DNA of 32,000 nt from Halorhodospira halophila SL1 (GCF_000015585.1 NC_008789.1:1590001-1622000); one strand, 5' to 3'; counted from the first letter of the stretch, positions 18,274 through 26,919 are shown. Notes: generated by a model from the letters alone, not told the origin. A program made the numbers and translations.

Positions 18274-20265
18274 ATGGAAAATACCCGCGCTGACACCGAG
18301 CAGGCGCTGGAGCGCCTGACTCAACGGGTGGATGACGCCTGCGAGCGCTTGGCACGCACGGCTCACTTCGCCAAATTCACCCACTCGGCACAAGTTCTGG
18401 AATCGGTGCGGCGCCTGATGACCCACCCCCAGGGCGTCCCGGCGGCCTATGAGCGGATCGGGGCGTTAACCGACGCCGGCATCTTCTCCGGAAGCGACTG
18501 GGAACACCCTGAACACCTCCAACCGGCCCTGTCCGCCAACACCCTGAAGCTGGCTCAAGACCACACCCTGATCCTTGAGTGCTTGAGTGAACTCCGCCTG
18601 GTGGCGATTGCCAATGGCACGATCACCAACCCGACAGTCGACGCCGACGCGGCACAGCAGTTCCTGGCTCGGGTCCTAGCCCTGAACCTGCGGCTGATCT
18701 TCGGGCCGGTCAGCGAGGCCGAGCGGGTGCACCTGGGACGCAACCTGGGCATGGTGCAGCGCCATCAACGCTTCATTGCCGAGCAGGTCGGTTTCGGCGA
18801 GGTCATCGAGGAGCTGATCGGCGAGATCTGGCGCATCCTGGCGCAACGCCCTGTGGTGGTCGACCACGTCAAACAGATGATTACCAGTGTCGCGGTCTAC
18901 CTCGACAGCGATGAGCCGGGGGTCCCCGCCGCCCGTGCGCGCGGGGCAGAGCGCCTGATCAGCGCCCTCTACGGTCCGACGCGGGGCTGCCAGGAAGACC
19001 CCGGGCTGGCGGTCTACCGGGAACGCCTGGCCAGCATGGACGAGACCACCTTGCGCAACGAGGCCCTGGGGTTCGGCCGCGCCATGCACGACACCGGCCT
19101 GGTCTCGCCCTACCACCCGGTCTTCCTCCATTTCGCACTCGATCAGGCTCCCGAACTCCTGCCTGCCGCGCTGGGGCTGAGCAGCACGGGCGTCGACGCG
19201 CTGGGCTGCTACCCTGAACTGGTTCATACCCTCATCCGCCGGGCGATCTGGTCGGAAACCGCCCAGGCGGTTTACGGCCTGGCCGGACTGCTGGAACGAG
19301 GCATCCTTTATAGTGGACCGGTGGCCCCGGCCCTGTGGCGACAGATCCATCTGCCCCTCTCCGCCGCCGCCCGTCGACGCCTGACCGAACGCATCCCCGG
19401 CGCGGCGAACGCCCCGGAGGCCTTCCTGCTAGCCGGGGCCATCAACGTCCTGGGGCAGCCGCGCGGGCTGGGACAGGGCAACAGCCCCACCTGCCAGTCG
19501 GCGCGGGCGCTGTCCATGTGGTCGAGCAACGATCCCGATTACCTCCTGCAGATCGTGGCCTGGTCCGCGCGCGACGACGACGTCGTGGCGCACTTCGAGG
19601 GCGAGGCTCTGTCTTCCCAGGCGCTCCTCGCGCGCTACCCGGAGGCTTCGCTGGAGGATGTCGATGCGGTCTCGGCGGTCGCCGTACCCCACCTGGACGC
19701 CATCTATCACGAGATGGGACGGCGCTGCGTCGGCCGGGGGGAGGATCCCCACCGCTGGGTGAACCCGGAGTTCCACGGCTGGTGGGTCGGCCGCGGCTTC
19801 TCCATCGCCGTCGATGTGGCCACCGGTAGCCTACCCGACCTGGCGAGCTTCGCCCGCCGCTTCTACGGGTGCTACCACCCGAGCTACAACGGCAACAATC
19901 CGGTGATCCACCCACAACCGGCCGGGGTCGCCGTCACCAATGCAACCGCCGCCTTCGTCGGGTGGCACGCCATCACCATCGAACGGGTCTCCATGGACCC
20001 GGAGGGCGTGGTACGCGTCTACTTCTTCAACCCCAATAACGACAGTACCCAGGACTGGGGCGACGGGGTGACGGTCTCCACCGAGGGCAACGGCGAACGC
20101 CACGGGGAATCGTCCCTGCCCTTCGCGCAGTTCCTCTCACGGTTGTACATCTTCCACTACGACCCGCGCGAGGAGGCCGTCGACCCACCCGTTCCGGTGG
20201 AGGCCATCAGCGAGGTCATCGGGCGCGCCCGCACCAGCTGGGCTGCCGGGCGCGAGATCCACTGA
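18274..20265 (+). CDS. Orphan 663-aa protein: helical N-terminal region plus a C-terminal predicted papain-fold cysteine hydrolase domain
   Basis: A long ORF with GC3-rich codon usage. It carries GLGQGNSPTCQSARALSMW (Gln401, Cys407; nt 19474-19494), FVGWHAITIERV (His565; nt 19966-19968) and VYFFNPNND (Asn586; nt 20029-20031). There is no signal peptide or TM segment. The start is ambiguous (ATG 18274 or TTG 18238). Confidence 0.7.
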   Translation: MENTRADTEQALERLTQRVDDACERLARTAHFAKFTHSAQVLESVRRLMTHPQGVPAAYERIGALTDAGIFSGSDWEHPEHLQPALSANTLKLAQDHTLILECLSELRLVAIANGTITNPTVDADAAQQFLARVLALNLRLIFGPVSEAERVHLGRNLGMVQRHQRFIAEQVGFGEVIEELIGEIWRILAQRPVVVDHVKQMITSVAVYLDSDEPGVPAARARGAERLISALYGPTRGCQEDPGLAVYRERLASMDETTLRNEALGFGRAMHDTGLVSPYHPVFLHFALDQAPELLPAALGLSSTGVDALGCYPELVHTLIRRAIWSETAQAVYGLAGLLERGILYSGPVAPALWRQIHLPLSAAARRRLTERIPGAANAPEAFLLAGAINVLGQPRGLGQGNSPTCQSARALSMWSSNDPDYLLQIVAWSARDDDVVAHFEGEALSSQALLARYPEASLEDVDAVSAVAVPHLDAIYHEMGRRCVGRGEDPHRWVNPEFHGWWVGRGFSIAVDVATGSLPDLASFARRFYGCYHPSYNGNNPVIHPQPAGVAVTNATAAFVGWHAITIERVSMDPEGVVRVYFFNPNNDSTQDWGDGVTVSTEGNGERHGESSLPFAQFLSRLYIFHYDPREEAVDPPVPVEAISEVIGRARTSWAAGREIH

Positions 20266-20271
20266 GGCCGT

Positions 20272-20287
20272 CCGGCCGATAGGCCGG
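20272..20287 (+). terminator. Short stem-loop after the orphan gene
   Basis: CCGGCC-GATA-GGCCGG, starting 7 nt after the stop codon. Confidence 0.35.
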
Positions 20288-20309
20288 CTGCGCACACCGC
20301 ACCACCATC

Positions 20310-20336
20310 GTGCGCGCCCCGCCCGGGAGCGCGCAC
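20310..20336 (-). terminator. Stem-loop after ATP-grasp gene 1
   Basis: GTGCGCGC (20310-20317) pairs with GCGCGCAC (20329-20336) around an 11-nt loop, in the convergent gap. Confidence 0.35.
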
Positions 20337-20344
20337 GGCGCCAA

Positions 20345-21574
20345 TCAGACGTAGTAGTCCAGCTCCTCCTGGTGTTTGAGCAGATCCCGGAGCCGGTGCG
20401 GATTGTCTCCGAAGAAGTAAACAAGCCCCCAGTGGGTACCGAAGGCGGTCCGTTTGGTGACCACCTCCTCCTGAGGCGGGGTGAGTTCGTGGTACTCGAA
20501 GTATTCGTGCTGCTCAGTCTCCTCCGGGATCTCCAGACGGCTGACCACCCGCCGCCGCGGATAGACCCCGAAACAGCCCGCATAGCCCTTGGCGCCGACC
20601 ACCTCGCGCGGGAAGAAGGCGGTGATCTCTTCCTCGGTGGTTTTCGGATCGAAGGCCAGAACCATACCCTGATAGGCATTGAAGCCGTAAGCACGCTCGA
20701 GCAGCTCAAAGACCTTAAAACCGGGCGGCCGGTAAGCCACCTCGCCGAAGTACATGGTCCCGTCACTGGTCACGAAGTACTCGGGGTGGATGAAGCCGAA
20801 GCGGATATCGAAGGTCTTGATCAGTTTCTCGATCTCGCGGGTGATCAGCTCCCGCCAGCTTTCCAGCTCCGGCGTGGCCGGGACGAAGACCGAGTAGCCG
20901 AGCGTGACGTACTCGGAGATATTCAGGAAGCGGATCTTGCCATCGTGGATCCACGCCTCCACGGCGAACTCCCAGCCGTCCAGGTGGCTCTCCATGAGCA
21001 CCGGGAACTCCTCTTCAGGGATCAGATCCACCTCATCCGGGGTGCGGATGACGCGGTGCCCGAGGCAACCTGCCTTGTCGAAGGCCTTCAGGTGAATGGG
21101 GTCGTTAGGATCCCCGTCCAGCTTGAGCAGGGTCTGGTTCACCCGCTTGAGGAAGCGGATCACGTCGTCCTTGTCGTGGGCCTCTTCGAAGATGCCGACA
21201 CGAATGCCCCCGAGCTGCGCGCGGCGCTTCATCAACGCTTTGTCGCGGAACAGCACGGCCTGCCCGTGCAGTCGCGGATCCCCCATGAGGACCGCATTGA
21301 TGGCCCCGGCCCACTCCACCGTCTCCTCGAACAGCGGGATGGCAACATCCACCCCCTCGTCACGCAGGCGTTCGGCAATCTCCATGGAGCGGTCATTCAG
21401 CCGCTCGAAATCCCAGGGAATAAACGGGATATCGTGCTCCCGGGCGTACTCCTCGGCCCACTCCGGGGCGACGATGACGTAGCGGCGATCGAAACGGTCC
21501 AGGGCGTCGATGCAGTTGATGCTCCAACCGAGGATCGCCACATAGCCTTTGCTCGGGTCCTTCTCAGTACTCAT
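20345..21574 (-). CDS. ATP-grasp domain ligase (409 aa), substrate unknown
   Basis: ATG at 21574 gives MSTEKDPSKGYVAILG. It has a pre-ATP-grasp domain, then FRDKALMKRRAQLGGIRVG, a central lid and FIHPEYFVTSDGTMYFGEVAYRPPG (the ExxxR-type Mg/ATP loop). A GGAG lies 12 nt upstream. Confidence 0.85.
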   Translation of the reverse strand: MSTEKDPSKGYVAILGWSINCIDALDRFDRRYVIVAPEWAEEYAREHDIPFIPWDFERLNDRSMEIAERLRDEGVDVAIPLFEETVEWAGAINAVLMGDPRLHGQAVLFRDKALMKRRAQLGGIRVGIFEEAHDKDDVIRFLKRVNQTLLKLDGDPNDPIHLKAFDKAGCLGHRVIRTPDEVDLIPEEEFPVLMESHLDGWEFAVEAWIHDGKIRFLNISEYVTLGYSVFVPATPELESWRELITREIEKLIKTFDIRFGFIHPEYFVTSDGTMYFGEVAYRPPGFKVFELLERAYGFNAYQGMVLAFDPKTTEEEITAFFPREVVGAKGYAGCFGVYPRRRVVSRLEIPEETEQHEYFEYHELTPPQEEVVTKRTAFGTHWGLVYFFGDNPHRLRDLLKHQEELDYYV

Positions 21575-21639
21575 ACGGCGGGGTGCTCCGATTGCGGGTG
21601 ATCGAGGGGCCCGTCGAGCAAAGCCGGAGGCAGGCGGGC

Positions 21640-21658
21640 TGACATCCGCAATGACATC
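21640..21658 (-). promoter_or_regulatory. Direct repeat TGACATC-N5-TGACATC upstream of ATP-grasp gene 1 (possible regulator site)
   Basis: Two perfect 7-mers sit at 21640-21646 and 21652-21658 (12-bp period), 66-84 nt upstream of the ATG. Confidence 0.3.
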
Positions 21659-21763
21659 ACGGGCTACCCTGCAGTCTATCCCTTTCACCCCAACAGGAGT
21701 AGCCGCGGAAAGCAGCGATCCACGATCGAGATGCCGCCCCCCACTGCCGGAGCCCGAGCGACG

Positions 21764-23401
21764 TCACATCCCCTGGTAGTTGGGTCCGTCCCCGCCCTGC
21801 GGCACCACCCACCGGATATTCTGCGTCGGGTCCTTGATGTCGCAAGCCTTGCAGTGCAGGCAATTAATGGCGTCGATGCGCAGGCGATGCTGCCCGGCCT
21901 CATCGAGCTCATAATCGTAGACGGCGGCCGGGCAGTACCTCACCTCAGGCCCCGCATAGATCGCCCAGTTCACCCGGGCAAGCCGATCGGCGTCCTGCAA
22001 CACCAGATGGCAGGGCTGCCCCTCTTCGTGGTTGGTGCCGGAGAGGAACACCGAGGCCGTACGATCGAAGGTCACCACCCCGTCCGGCTTGGGATCATCC
22101 TTGGGTCGACACTGCGCCGCCGGCCGCAGGCTTTGGTGGTCCGGTTCGTGGCCCAGGGTCCAGGGGGCACGCCCCCTGAGGAGATAGGTATCCAGGGCTG
22201 AGTAGGCCAGACCGGGCAGCACCCCCCAGCGGAACGCCGGACGGATGTTGCGCACCGCGTAGAGCTCGTCCCGCAGCCAGCTCTCCCGGACCCGTCGATC
22301 CAGGTCCTCGGCCTCGACACGGGTCGCCTCCAGGGCGGCACGAACGGCCTCTGCGGCGAGCATGCCGGACTTGATGGCGGTGTGGATGCCCTTGATCCGG
22401 GGCACATTGACGAAACCGGCTGCGTCACCGGCCAGCACGCCCCCCGGGAAACTCAACCGTGGCAGGCTCTGCCAGCCGCCCTCGGGCAGGACCCGGGCCC
22501 CGTAGCCGATGCGCCGACCGCCCTCGAGCAGGGGGCGGATGGAGGGATGGGTCTTGAAACGCTGGAACTCTCCGAACGGCGACAGATACGGGTTTTCATA
22601 ATCCAACCCCACCACCAGGCCGATCGCAACACGGCGATCATCCAGGTGGTAGAGGAAACTACCGCCGTACGTGAACTGATCCAGTGGCCAGCCGATCGTA
22701 TGGTCGATCCGCCCCGGCGCGTGGCGCTCCGGGGCAACCTCCCAGATCTCCTTGAGCCCCAGGCCGTAGGTCTGCGGCTGGGCATCGGCCCGCAAGTCGA
22801 AGTGTCCGATCACCTGCTGGGTCAGCGACCCGTGAGCCCCCTCGGCGAAGACCGTCTGCCGCGCCCGCACCTCCACGCCCGGCTCGAACCCGGGCCCCGG
22901 CGTGCCATCGGGCTGTCGCCCCATATCCGGGGTTGCCACCCCGCAGACCGCACCGTTGTCATCGTAGAGCACCTCCGCGGCCGGGAAACCGGGGTAGATC
23001 TCGACGCCGGCCGCCTCGGCCTGCTCGGCGAGCCACTGCCCGAGTTCGCCGAGGCTGCCGACGTAGTTGCCACGATTCTCCATCTGCGGGGGGGTGGGCA
23101 ACTTCACGGCACGCCGCGGCGTCAGGTAGCGGAGGCTGTCTTCAGTGGCAGACACCCGGAGCGGAGCGCCGCGATCCGCCCAGTCGGGCAAGAGTTCGTT
23201 GAGGCCGCGGGGATCGATGGCGGCACCGGATATCAGGTGGGCGCCGACCGCCGCGCCCTTCTCCAGGACGCAGACCGACGGTGGCGAGCCGTCATCGGTG
23301 CCGCGCACAAGCTCCAGGGCGGCCGCCAACCCCGCCGGCCCGGCACCGACCACGACAACGTCGTAGGTCAGCGTTTCGCGCTCAAGTTCCTCCTGATCCA
23401 A
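21764..23401 (-). CDS. Electron-transfer flavoprotein:ubiquinone oxidoreductase (ETF-QO)
   Basis: A TTG start at 23401 follows a GGAGG Shine-Dalgarno. It has an FAD fold (YDVVVVGAGPAGLAAA) and a C-terminal 4Fe-4S region (CPAAVYDY...INCLHCKACDIKDP). Confidence 0.93.
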   Translation of the reverse strand: MDQEELERETLTYDVVVVGAGPAGLAAALELVRGTDDGSPPSVCVLEKGAAVGAHLISGAAIDPRGLNELLPDWADRGAPLRVSATEDSLRYLTPRRAVKLPTPPQMENRGNYVGSLGELGQWLAEQAEAAGVEIYPGFPAAEVLYDDNGAVCGVATPDMGRQPDGTPGPGFEPGVEVRARQTVFAEGAHGSLTQQVIGHFDLRADAQPQTYGLGLKEIWEVAPERHAPGRIDHTIGWPLDQFTYGGSFLYHLDDRRVAIGLVVGLDYENPYLSPFGEFQRFKTHPSIRPLLEGGRRIGYGARVLPEGGWQSLPRLSFPGGVLAGDAAGFVNVPRIKGIHTAIKSGMLAAEAVRAALEATRVEAEDLDRRVRESWLRDELYAVRNIRPAFRWGVLPGLAYSALDTYLLRGRAPWTLGHEPDHQSLRPAAQCRPKDDPKPDGVVTFDRTASVFLSGTNHEEGQPCHLVLQDADRLARVNWAIYAGPEVRYCPAAVYDYELDEAGQHRLRIDAINCLHCKACDIKDPTQNIRWVVPQGGDGPNYQGM

Positions 23402-23413
23402 ACCGGAGCCTCC

Positions 23414-25195
23414 TCACCAATGGCCGTCGTCAATCGCCTCGAGCTCATCGCTGCCACCCCGGATGGCCGGTGTATAGCCGTGGAGCCGCGGCAGGATGTG
23501 GCGCATGTAGAAGCGCGCGGTGTGCAGCTTGCCTGCATAGAAGTCGGCGTCGCCGGAGCCCGCACGGATCCCCGCCTGGGCCGCCAGGGCGGCCCGGCCC
23601 ATCAGCCAGCCGCCCAGCACCAAGCCCGCCTGCATCAGGTAGGGTGTGGCCGCCGTCAAGGGCACCAGCGGATCCTCGGCGCCGTCTTGCAGGAGCCGCG
23701 CCGTACTCTCCCGCAGCGTGGCGACCCCCTCCGCCAGCCCGTCGGCCAGGGGGGCGACGTCGGGGTCGCGACGCAACGCCTCAACGGTTTCGTCGGCCTC
23801 GCCGAGCACCGCTTCCAGGGTTTCACCGCCATCCTTGAGCACCTTGCGCAGCGTGAAGTCTTGCGCCTGGATGCCGTTGGTGCCCTCGTAAATCGCCGCA
23901 ACACGCACGTCGCGCAACAGCTGCGGGGCCTCCACCTCCTCGATATACCCCATACCGCCGTGGACCTGAATGCCCACCGAGGTGATCTCCACGGCCTGAT
24001 CGCTGGCAACCGCCTTGACCACCGGCGTGAACAGATCCACCCGGCGCTGGGCGCTCTGGCGCGCCGCCGCGTCGGCGGCGTGCCCGGCAACGTCCATCTC
24101 TGCCGCGGTCAGCAGCGCCAGCGCGCGCATGGCCTCGGTCTGAGCCCGCATGGTCATCAGGCTGCGGCGGACATCCGGGTGCTGGAGGATCGGCACCGAC
24201 GCCTTGCCCCCGGGGCGGCGGCCCTGCACTCGGTCCCGGGCGAAGGCCAGCGCCTGCTGATAGGCCCGCTCGGCCACGCCGACGCTTTGTACCCCGACCT
24301 TGTGGCGCGCCTCGTTCATCATCGTGAACATGTGGTTGAGGCCGCGGCAGGGCTCACCGACGAGGTAGCCCACCGCCCCCTCGCTGTCCCCGTAGCTGAT
24401 GGTGCAGGTCGGCGAACCGTGGATGCCGAGCTTGTGCTCCAGCGCGGTGCAGTGGACGTCGTTGCGCACCCCCAGGGAACCGTCCTCGGCCACCCGGTAC
24501 TTGGGCACCAGGAACAAGGAGATGCCGCGATGCCCCTCGGGGGCATCCGGGGTCCGGGCCAAGACCAGGTGGATGATGTTCTCGGCGGCCTCGTGCTCCC
24601 CCCAGGTGATGTAGGTCTTCTGACCGTAGAGGCGATAGGCGTCGCCGTCCGGTACCGCACGGCACTTGACCTGCCCCAGATCGGAACCGGCCTGGGGCTC
24701 GGTCAGGTCCATGGTACCGGTCCACTCCCCGCTGACCAGCTTGCCCAGATAGCGAGCGCGCAGGGCCTCGTCCCCGTGGCGGTGGAGCAGTTCGGTCGCC
24801 CCCGCCGAGAGCATGGGGGCCAGGGCCAACGCCATATTGGCGCCGTGCCACATCTCTTGGGTCGCCGTAGCGACGACCTCGGGCAATCCCTGGCCGCCGT
24901 GCTCCGGATGGGCGTTGATGCCGTTCCACCCCCCCTCGACAAACGCCTGGTAGGCCTCGGTGAAGCCCTCGGGCAAACGCATCTCGCCCCCCTCCATCCG
25001 GCACCCTTGGCGGTCGCCGACCTGGTTCAGCGGAGCCCAAACCTCACTGGCCAGCCGATCGGCCTCCTCGAGGACCGCCTCCAGCAGATCCGGGGTGATC
25101 TCTTCCAGATCCTGCAGCCCGGAAAAACGCTCCAGGCCGATCAGTTCTTCGATGACGAAACGCAGATCGCGAGTCGGTGCGCGGTACATGCTCAT
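23414..25195 (-). CDS. Long-type acyl-CoA dehydrogenase (593 aa, FadE-like)
   Basis: Starts MSMYRAPTRDLRFVIEELIG, with GGWNGINAHPEHGGQGLP and IYEGTNGIQAQD. The extended N- and C-terminal domains are typical of ~600-aa ACADs. Its ATG overlaps the etfA stop (ATGA at 25192-25195). Confidence 0.92.
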   Translation of the reverse strand: MSMYRAPTRDLRFVIEELIGLERFSGLQDLEEITPDLLEAVLEEADRLASEVWAPLNQVGDRQGCRMEGGEMRLPEGFTEAYQAFVEGGWNGINAHPEHGGQGLPEVVATATQEMWHGANMALALAPMLSAGATELLHRHGDEALRARYLGKLVSGEWTGTMDLTEPQAGSDLGQVKCRAVPDGDAYRLYGQKTYITWGEHEAAENIIHLVLARTPDAPEGHRGISLFLVPKYRVAEDGSLGVRNDVHCTALEHKLGIHGSPTCTISYGDSEGAVGYLVGEPCRGLNHMFTMMNEARHKVGVQSVGVAERAYQQALAFARDRVQGRRPGGKASVPILQHPDVRRSLMTMRAQTEAMRALALLTAAEMDVAGHAADAAARQSAQRRVDLFTPVVKAVASDQAVEITSVGIQVHGGMGYIEEVEAPQLLRDVRVAAIYEGTNGIQAQDFTLRKVLKDGGETLEAVLGEADETVEALRRDPDVAPLADGLAEGVATLRESTARLLQDGAEDPLVPLTAATPYLMQAGLVLGGWLMGRAALAAQAGIRAGSGDADFYAGKLHTARFYMRHILPRLHGYTPAIRGGSDELEAIDDGHW

Positions 25196-26130
25196 GCCTG
25201 CTCCAGTGCAGTGCGCAGCGCGGGAAGGGCTTCCCGCAGGTCGGCAACCAGGCCGTAGTCGGCCACCTCGAAGATGGGCGCCTCGGGATCCTTGTTGATC
25301 GCCACGATGACCCCACTGTCCTTCATCCCGGACACGTGGTAGATCGCACCGGAGATGCCCGCGGCGATGTAAAGCTCCGGAGCCACTACCTTGGCAGTTA
25401 GCCCCACCTGCGCCTCGTTGGGCAGCAGGCCGGCCTCGACGGCCCCGCGCGAGGCCCCGATGGCCGCACCGAGCTGATCCGCCAGCGCCTCCAGCTCTTC
25501 GATCCCGACATCGGCGACCCCGCGTCCGCCGGCGACCACCACTCGAGCCGAGGCCAGATCGGGACGGTCCGAAGCGCTGCCGTGCTCTTCCAGCAGGCGG
25601 GTCGGCCCCGACTCCGTCCCCGCCTCGAGGCGCTCCACGGCCGGCAGATCCCCCGCCTCCGGCCGCTCGAACCGGGTGGCCCGCACGGTGAGCACCTTGA
25701 CCGGCTCTCGACAGCGCAGGCGGGCCAGGACGCTGCCCCCGTGGATGGGGCGCACGAAGGTCTCGGTGTCCTCGATGGCAATGACATCCGAGAGCATCTG
25801 GACGTCGAGCGCCGCCGCGATACGGGGCAGTAGGTCCCGCGCCTGGGTGCTGGTGGCAGCAACCAGCGCCTGATAACCCTCATCCTGGATCAGCCTCGAT
25901 ACCCGCTCGGCCAGCGGCTCGGCCAGCTGATCCGCATAGATCGCCCCAAGGCACAGCCACACCCGATTGACGCCGGCAACGGCCAGCGATTCCGCGACAC
26001 TGGCTGCCTCTTCGCCGCCAGCGACCACCACATCGACCGGCGTGCCCAGGGTGGTGGCGGCGCTGATCGCCCGTCGCGTCGCCTCGGTGACCCGGGCGCC
26101 ATCATGTTCCGCAAAGACCAGGACACTCAT
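25192..26130 (-). CDS. etfA: Electron transfer flavoprotein alpha subunit
   Basis: Starts MSVLVFAEHDG and carries the C-terminal FAD signature PELYIAAGISGAIYHVSGMKDSGVIVAINKDPEAPIF. Confidence 0.95.
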   Translation of the reverse strand: MSVLVFAEHDGARVTEATRRAISAATTLGTPVDVVVAGGEEAASVAESLAVAGVNRVWLCLGAIYADQLAEPLAERVSRLIQDEGYQALVAATSTQARDLLPRIAAALDVQMLSDVIAIEDTETFVRPIHGGSVLARLRCREPVKVLTVRATRFERPEAGDLPAVERLEAGTESGPTRLLEEHGSASDRPDLASARVVVAGGRGVADVGIEELEALADQLGAAIGASRGAVEAGLLPNEAQVGLTAKVVAPELYIAAGISGAIYHVSGMKDSGVIVAINKDPEAPIFEVADYGLVADLREALPALRTALEQA

Positions 26131-26131
26131 C

Positions 26132-26881
26132 TCAAATCACCTGCGCGTCGTTCTTCAGACGGTCAACCAGTTCGGCCACGCTCTCGACCCGCTCACCGGC
26201 CGCACGCGGCGGCGGCTCCGAGACCCCGAGCAGTTCCAGGCGCGGCGCCCCGTCCACGCCCAGATCGGCCAGCGGCACCCGGTCGATGGGCTTCTTCTTG
26301 GCTTTCATGATGTTCGGCAGCTTAATGTAGCGCGGCTGGTTGAGATCCAGCTCGGTGGTGACCACCGCGGGCAGGCGCACCGCCACCGTGTGCCGCCCGC
26401 CGTCGACCTCGCGGGTGACCTGCAGCTCCTCGCCGCCGACCGCCAGGGCGCACGCAAATGTGGCCTGGCCCCAGCCCAGGTGCTGCGCCAGCATCTGGCC
26501 GACCTGATTGCTATCGTCGTCGATGGCCTGCTTGCCCATCAGCACCAGATCCGGCTGCTCGCGCTCCACCAGCGCGGCCAGGGCCTTGCTGACCGCCAGG
26601 GGCTCCAGCGGTTCGTCGCTCTCCACGCGCAGGGCCCGATCGACACCGAAGGCCAAAGCAGTGCGCAGCACTTCCTCGCTGCCGGCATCGCCGAGGGTGA
26701 CGGCCACCACTTCGCTGGCCTTGCCGGCCTCCTTGAGGCGCACTGCCTCCTCGACGGCGGTCTCGTCAAAGGGATTCATCGCCATCTTGGCGTGGGCCTT
26801 GTCGACACCCGATCCGTCGGGGCGCACGCGCACCCGTACGGTGGAGTCGATCACCCGCTTAGCTGTCACCAGGATCTTCAT
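26132..26881 (-). CDS. etfB: Electron transfer flavoprotein beta subunit
   Basis: ATG at 26881 gives MKILVTAKRVIDSTVRVRV, preceded by a GAGGAA Shine-Dalgarno. The stop is 1 nt before the etfA start. I rejected the ORF-track start at 26968. Confidence 0.93.
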   Translation of the reverse strand: MKILVTAKRVIDSTVRVRVRPDGSGVDKAHAKMAMNPFDETAVEEAVRLKEAGKASEVVAVTLGDAGSEEVLRTALAFGVDRALRVESDEPLEPLAVSKALAALVEREQPDLVLMGKQAIDDDSNQVGQMLAQHLGWGQATFACALAVGGEELQVTREVDGGRHTVAVRLPAVVTTELDLNQPRYIKLPNIMKAKKKPIDRVPLADLGVDGAPRLELLGVSEPPPRAAGERVESVAELVDRLKNDAQVI

Positions 26882-26900
26882 GCCTTCCTCGCTAGTGATC

Positions 26901-26919
26901 GGCGCGCGGTCCGCGCGCC
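26901..26919. promoter_or_regulatory. Perfect 19-bp GC palindrome in the etfB leader
   Basis: GGCGCGCGG-T-CCGCGCGCC, 20 nt upstream of the etfB ATG and next to its Shine-Dalgarno. Confidence 0.35.

Noticed and set aside
21571-21660. 29-codon upstream ORF (V)MSLRMSARLPPALLDGPLDHPQSEHPAV ending in ATGA with ATP-grasp gene 1, as a possible RiPP precursor or leader peptide
   Set aside because: An ORF this short is not significant in stop-poor GC-rich DNA. It has no Shine-Dalgarno and no repeated Thr/Ser/Asp/Glu core like graspetide precursors. Its MS..MS pattern is simply the TGACATC DNA repeat read in frame. I kept it only as a note in a finding.
22382-25258. 958-aa ORF antisense to ETF-QO and the acyl-CoA dehydrogenase
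   Set aside because: It is a shadow ORF spanning two well-supported genes on the other strand. It has Arg/Gly/Pro/Ala-rich composition and no domain signatures.
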